Positions 58,668 through 64,000 of a DNA stretch of 64,000 nt are shown here, piece by piece. Source of the DNA: an uncultured Verrucomicrobiae bacterium. Its GTDB lineage: Bacteria; Verrucomicrobiota; Verrucomicrobiia; Chthoniobacterales; UBA10450. Positions within the stretch are counted from its first letter, which is position 1, and every line of letters begins with the position of its first letter. Position numbers and translations under genes: made by a program. Below the pieces are notes generated by a model. It made no database searches, had not been told where the DNA came from, and saw only the letters and a program-made list of their open reading frames with translations. The DNA is taken from assembly GCA_963756875.1 (NCBI GenBank), contig CAVWPA010000003.1, forward strand, positions 704,001 through 768,000. The letters are read 5' to 3'.

Positions 58668-60229
58668 GAATGACGTTGGATTAAAAACAGCTGCAGAAAA
58701 TGGTGCTTGCTGTGGACGATTACCGAGCGGTCAAATTCGGCCAATGGTACCCGCTGCCAGCCTGCGGGTAACGGCAGATGCGCATCATCGGTATAAACGG
58801 CGACTGAGTTTTCAAGAGCTTGCGGCAAATCGCCCGGAGGCGGCACATCGCGAAACGTTTTGAATTCGGGTGCATACCACTCGGCATGTGGTACGGCATG
58901 GAGAAAGAGCAGCGCCACATTTTTGCGTTGTGAGGGTGGATAGAGCTGCATGAGATAGTGGACCATCCGTGCCGATGGCGGTTGTTCGCGATGGTTTTGG
59001 ATTACGTTTGGGATTGCGATATAAAGGAGCAAAATGGGAAGGGCCAGCGCCGTCCAATTCCACGGGGTGCGCATTTGCAGAAAGCCTCGCAGTATCGCCA
59101 CTAAAAGGAGAGGAAAAATAAGTATGTAGTACCGAGCAGTGCCACCGAGACAGACAAAAATGATCGCAATGTAGATCAGCGCCCACGGCGCGTGAAATTT
59201 CCAGAAAAGCCGGTCTTGCAGATCCCGGGGCCCGAGGATGTAGGCAGCGAATCCCCCGACGATCATCGCGATTCCAATTGCCAGTGTGACCGGCGATTGC
59301 AGAAATCCGAAACCGAGTCCGAACCAGCCGAGAAGGAAGTGTTCGGCGAAACGCGTCGCCAAATAATGAGCGCTCCAATTTCCCGCCCCGATGAAGGTAT
59401 GCGGCTTGTCCAGGCGCCACTGCCATTGGCCGTAGACAAGTTTTGGATAAACAAGCCACGCGGGAACATCAGGTCGCAAACGCGCCTGCAAATACCACAT
59501 CGGCAACAGCCACACTAGGCAGCTCGCGATCAAAACGCCCACGGCCAGGATAGATATCTTCCAGCGAGCATGTCCCATCTTTAACGCCGCGATGAGAATG
59601 ACGATGACAATCAGAATCAATTGAGGTCGCGCGCCGCTAGCAGCGGCTCCGCATAAGGACGCGCCCAACAAAGCGGCCACACTCCGGCGCTGCCAAAAAC
59701 AAATTGCCGCGAAAATCTCCAAACTCAGGAATCCTGCCGCGAGACTATCTGTCATAATTTTCGTCGCCGTCAGCCAAACGGCAGGCATAACCGAGAGGCA
59801 CGCAGCTATCCACCACGCCAAGCGCTCGTTGAGCTGAGATCGGATGATAAGAAACCATGCCGCAATGAAAAGTGCGCCGCCCACACACGACACGAGATGC
59901 AAAGAAGTTTGAGGACTGAGTCCCAAGCCCCTGGTGCCAATCCAGCCGAAGAAAATAAAAAGCGGATACCCCGGTGGATGCGGTTGATTGTTCCAGAGAT
60001 TAAATGCGCGAACACCCATGGCGAAGTTTACGGAATCGAATTCGTCAAGGCCGGCAGAACGTGTCAGCAGGTAAACTACGAACATCACCACAAAGATGGC
60101 GGCGGCTTTGACCGCCGTTTCGTAATCAACCCGGTTTGCGGCAAGCGCGCCGTTCCCTGCTTGAGATTTGTGAAGAATTCGCTGGCCCATCTTCCCACCG
60201 AATCTTCTCGATGCGAGCCGATTCGACAA
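58664..60229 (-). CDS. Polytopic membrane protein, GT-C (ArnT/PMT/DUF2723-like) glycosyltransferase candidate
   Basis: First loop LDEFDSVNFA..PHPPGYPLF, many TM segments, GARPQ; the start codon is uncertain. Confidence 0.65.
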   Translation of the reverse strand: MSNRLASRRFGGKMGQRILHKSQAGNGALAANRVDYETAVKAAAIFVVMFVVYLLTRSAGLDEFDSVNFAMGVRAFNLWNNQPHPPGYPLFIFFGWIGTRGLGLSPQTSLHLVSCVGGALFIAAWFLIIRSQLNERLAWWIAACLSVMPAVWLTATKIMTDSLAAGFLSLEIFAAICFWQRRSVAALLGASLCGAAASGARPQLILIVIVILIAALKMGHARWKISILAVGVLIASCLVWLLPMWYLQARLRPDVPAWLVYPKLVYGQWQWRLDKPHTFIGAGNWSAHYLATRFAEHFLLGWFGLGFGFLQSPVTLAIGIAMIVGGFAAYILGPRDLQDRLFWKFHAPWALIYIAIIFVCLGGTARYYILIFPLLLVAILRGFLQMRTPWNWTALALPILLLYIAIPNVIQNHREQPPSARMVHYLMQLYPPSQRKNVALLFLHAVPHAEWYAPEFKTFRDVPPPGDLPQALENSVAVYTDDAHLPLPAGWQRVPLAEFDRSVIVHSKHHFLQLFLIQRHS

Positions 60230-60280
60230 GGTGGAATGATGTAGCGGCAGCCATAGCGGAATGCGCTATAATCAACGTCC

Positions 60281-61654
60281 TTGATTGCGAGTTTACGCCG
60301 CTGGGCCAGTCTTACTCTTAGCCGTGGTTCGCCCCGAGATGGTCGCGAGCGGCGGTCGCGCGGTGTTTTTCGGGTAATGCGTCCGCTTTGGTCGGCCGGC
60401 TTCTGGCGATTCTTGTCACCATCGTCTCGGTCCCGCTCACGGTTGGATATCTGGGGAGTGAACGCTACGGCGCATGGGTGACGATTGTAAGCGTTCTCAC
60501 ATTTCTGAGTATTACCGATGCGGGTCTGGCTGCCAGTCTTACAAACGCGCTGGCCAAGGCTCAAGCCGAAGACGCGCGCGATGTCGGCCAGCGTTACGTT
60601 TCGTCCGCTTTCTTTACATTGTCGTTAATTGCGGTGGTCATTCTCATTTTCGGCAATGCACTCGCGCCGCAGATTTCGGCATTTTTGTTTCCAAGTCTGC
60701 AATCCCCAGCCGCGCGCCCTGAAATCGTTACCGCAGTAAGGGCCGCGCTGTCGATCTTCGCGCTGAATCTTCCGTTTCTGGTCAATGCTCGTGTGCTGGC
60801 CGCGCATCAAGAAAGCGCACTGGCCAACCTTTGGAACGTAGCAGGAACCGTCGGCAATCTCGGCGCTATCTCGCTGTTATCTGGTTTCGAGGCAGCCTTC
60901 CATGGCTTATCTTGGGCTGCTTCGGCTTCGGATTGCTGACGAACATCATTTGCGCCATCTGGTTGTTCGGGTTTCACAAGCCGTGGCTGCGGCCGGGGGC
61001 TGCCGGCGTCGCGCCGGCCTTTATCAAATCCCTTCTTTCCGATGGTTGGAAATTTTTCGTAATCGGCATCGGCTGGATGATCAACTGGCAAACGGACAAC
61101 GTGGTCATCGCGCACTTTCTGGACGTGGCGCAGGTGACCCCATATGCTGTCACGTTCAGCCTCTTTGCGCTGGCAACCGGGTTGCAAGCGCTTGCCTATC
61201 AATCGCTTTGGCCGGCTTACACCGAGGCATTCGCGCAACGCGACTACGCTTGGATCCGCCAGACCTTGCGCTCGAATTTCAAATTCAGCTTCATTACCAC
61301 GATTGCAATTCTCGGCACGCTTACGATTTTTGGCAGCGACATCATCCGGCTCTGGGCGGGCCCGATCGCAGTGCCACCATTTTCAGTGATTGTCTGGATG
61401 GCCGTCTGGCGGCTGATGTTATCGACGCTCATGGTCGGGGTTGCCTTCTCAATGCGACCGGACATCTGAAAGGCATGACGATTTACGGCAGTGTCACCGC
61501 AGTCTTAAACCTCATCTTATCGATCTTACTGGCCAAGAGGTACGGCATTACTGGTGTCATCGCCGGGACAGCCATCGCCTACGCCGTCGCCAGCTACATC
61601 CCAACGTTTTTGGAAGTGAGAAGCGTGCTGCGAAAGTGTTGTCCCTCTGAATGA
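60281..61654 (+). CDS. Wzx-like oligosaccharide flippase; three apparent frameshifts (about 60374, 60870, 61440)
   Basis: VPLTVGYLGSERYGAW..DAGL..LTN; QTDNVVIAHFL..VTPY; LWPAY.EA; NLILSILL..YGITG across successive frames. Confidence 0.8.
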
Positions 61655-62860
61655 ATGTCATTATTGACGTTACCAGCTCGTGCCGGTCTGTCCAAAGCAC
61701 CGGCGTTCAGAGGATGACGCGCAAAATTTTCGCGGAGCTTTCGCAACGTCTGCCGGTTACACCGATTTGCTGGAGCGAGATCGGCAGATTTTATCAAAGG
61801 CTCGGCCCCGTCGAGCACAAGCTATTGACCCGTCCTTTTGATGTACGTTCGCGACCGACGACGCGCCCGGAGATTCGCGGTCAAAAATCCGATTGCGGAA
61901 CTCCGGAGGCTCATGTTTCTGCGTCGATTCGATCTGGCGAATTCGCTTACAGAAAACGATGTTTTTATCCTGCCGGATGGTCACCACGATTTGCGGGGTA
62001 GATATCTGCCGCACCTTATCAAAAGAGGGCGAGGCCGATCGTTGGCAATTTTCCACGATGCTGCCAGGTTGCGTCTTGCTTCTCTTTACCGGATTCGCAG
62101 TCGACGTTACCTGGAATACGTCAAATCTCTTTCTGCGTTTGATCTTGTAATCTGCGTTTCCCAGGAGGCACACGATGACCTGCAGGATTTCTGGAGGCAT
62201 CTCGGCTGCAAGGCAACATCGACATGCGTTGAACCTTGGCCCGCTCAGTTGGAAAATGGCGCGTCCGGGGAGAGCCACGATGCCGCAACCAATCTTGTTA
62301 TTTGTGTCAGCTCCCTGGATCCGCGGAAAAATCATTTAGCGCTTCTGGCTGCGGCGGAAAGATTGTGGAGGGAAGGACTCAACTTCGAGCTGCACATAAT
62401 CGGCAGAGGCACGAAATTCCTGGGACTAGGAGTGGTATCGAAAATACGGAAGCTGCGGAGAGACAGCCGGCCGATTCAATGGTTGCGGCATGTCGATGAC
62501 AAGACATTGCAGCGCGAGTATAACCGCTGCCGATTCACCGTTTATCCGTCGTTAATGGAAGGTTACGGCCTGCCCATCGTGGAAAGTTTGTTACATGGGA
62601 AGCCTTGCGTTTGCGGCGACAACGGCGCTCTTGGAGAAGTCGCCCACGGCGGCGGATGTCTGATCGTCGATCAAACGAGCGTGGAGTCGCTAGCCGGCGG
62701 AATCAAAAAATTGCTGCAAGATCGAGAATTGTATATGCAGCTGTGCGCTGAATCGCGTGCGCGAAAGTTCCGTTCCTGGTCAGATTATGTCGATCGTTTC
62801 CTGCGCTATTTGCAAACGACCTCTCCCGCGCCTGCCATTCCTGGCGTTCCGTCACACTGA
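61651..62860 (+). CDS. GT4 glycosyltransferase; frameshift near 61885
   Basis: [38 protein letters not shown]. Confidence 0.85.
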
Positions 62861-63566
62861 GATGCGCTGGCCATGTGGGTGGCTGCTGATGATGCGGCCG
62901 TCCTGCATCTCGTGAATCCAATCGCACGCTTCGGCGATGGCCGGATTATGGGTAACAAGAAGCAGCGCCTTGTGCCCGCTGTGGCACCAGATCCTGCAAA
63001 AGATCAAAGGCGCGTATGCGAGTTGCTGAGTGTCGAGATTTCCAGTCGGTTCGTCGGCCAGAATGACGCGCGGATCGTTGGCCAGGGCCCGTGCGATCGC
63101 CACCCGCTGTTGTTCGCCGCCGGAAAGATGACGGCTCGGACGTCGTGATCTTGTCCCCGAGATCAACCGCTTCGAGCAGCATCGCGGCGCGATCATTCAT
63201 TTGCGACTCGGTCAGCTGGCCGAGTTGACGCATGGGAATCGTGACATTTTCCTGCGCGCGTGAAATCCTCCATCAAGAAATGGAATTGAAAGATGAAGCC
63301 AATCAGCTTCGTTACGCCTTTGCGCCAATTGATCGTCGGCCATATGCGATACCGGTTCCGATTCAATTTCGACCCAGCCGTTGTCCGGGTGATCGAGCAA
63401 TCCGAGAATATAAAGCAGAGTGCTCTTGCCACAGCCGGACGGACCGACCACGGCGTGAATGCTGCCGGGTTCGAGCTCGAGAGAAACTCCGCGCAGCGCG
63501 TGCACGCGCGATTCCTCTTCGCCGAGGTAACGCTCAATTTCCTCGACAATTCAGACAAAGACTCAT
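62852..63566 (-). CDS. LolD/MacB-type ABC ATPase; several frameshifts
   Basis: [64 protein letters not shown]. Confidence 0.85.
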
Positions 63567-64000
63567 ACGCTCGATCCGCGCAAGGTTGCGACAGGTGGGA
63601 ATTCAGCCGCGCGCCGGGCGGGCACGTAGCTGGCGATGAATACGGCGACGAATCGCGAGCAATGTTGCCCAGACGATAATGCCGCCAATCCCAAATCACC
63701 AAAAAGTGATTGGCATAGATCAACCCGCGAATCCGGATGGGAATCTGCGAAACGCCGCCACGTCATGAGTCGCGCCGAGCAAACAGCCAATCACGGAACC
63801 GGCGACGGCGATGAGCGCGCCCTGCCAGAGGAAAATCGCGCTGATATCGATTCGCCGATACCCCATTGAACGCAAAATTGCGATCTCCCGTAACCTTCGC
63901 CAGGACGACATGGTGAGGACATTGAAAATGCCGAACCCGGCGAGCAAAATGATGAGTGAGACGGTGATGGCGGCGGAAATTCGCAGTGTGAAAAAGATCT
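63563..64000 (-). CDS. LolC/E/FtsX-type ABC permease, C-terminal part; heavily frameshifted
   Basis: LAGFGIFNVLTM..REIAILRSMGY..I..IFLWQG; IASYVPARRAA...PVATLRG. Confidence 0.8.

Noticed and set aside
60281..64000. Apparent pseudogene cluster (wzx, GT4, ABC ATPase, permease)
   Set aside because: The breaks I traced are single-base indels, mostly in homopolymer runs, and they become denser toward the window end. This fits low-coverage long-read error better than gene decay, though reads are needed to confirm it
1..64000. CRISPR array, prophage, IS transposase or integrase
   Set aside because: There is no regularly spaced repeat-spacer array and no recognisable cas, phage, transposase or integrase ORF; the repeats are dispersed palindromes or short tandem arrays

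Overview
GC-rich bacterial chromosome segment. Gene content (PEP-CTERM and DUF6600-type proteins, long IspG, GTP-PEPCK, waaA) suggests a soil Verrucomicrobiota (Spartobacteria/Chthoniobacterales-like) genome, which is inference only. Most of the window is housekeeping: partial uvrA, pckG, mazG, secG, an RND efflux/two-component block, a porin, kbl, tdh, cdsA-dxr-rseP-ispG, typA, yebC, rho, glnE, rsmD, waaA, tRNA-Glu and pfkA. Two things stand out. (1) At 49.6-60.2 kb there is a candidate sphingolipid locus. It encodes a DEGS-like desaturase, an FA2H/Scs7-like hydroxylase, an SPT-like enzyme, a GNAT-type ceramide synthase, two CDP-alcohol phosphotransferases and a radical SAM enzyme. A convergent operon adds a GT-C membrane protein, an SDR and an IPCT-like cytidylyltransferase. 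Together these suggest a modified inositol-phosphoceramide-like lipid made through CDP-inositol. (2) Many short palindromic and heptamer repeats occur between genes and also inside the coding sequences of UvrA (twice), Dxr and IspG (twice). Also noted are a secreted Cys-rich/Gly-Lys-repeat protein beside an S8 protease and a PEP-CTERM gene, two probable rhomboid pseudoproteases, and a partial copy of the tRNA-Glu 3' end. Several single-base frameshifts, mostly in homopolymer runs and densest at the right end, look like sequencing errors. All calls come from motif recognition by eye; no searches were run.
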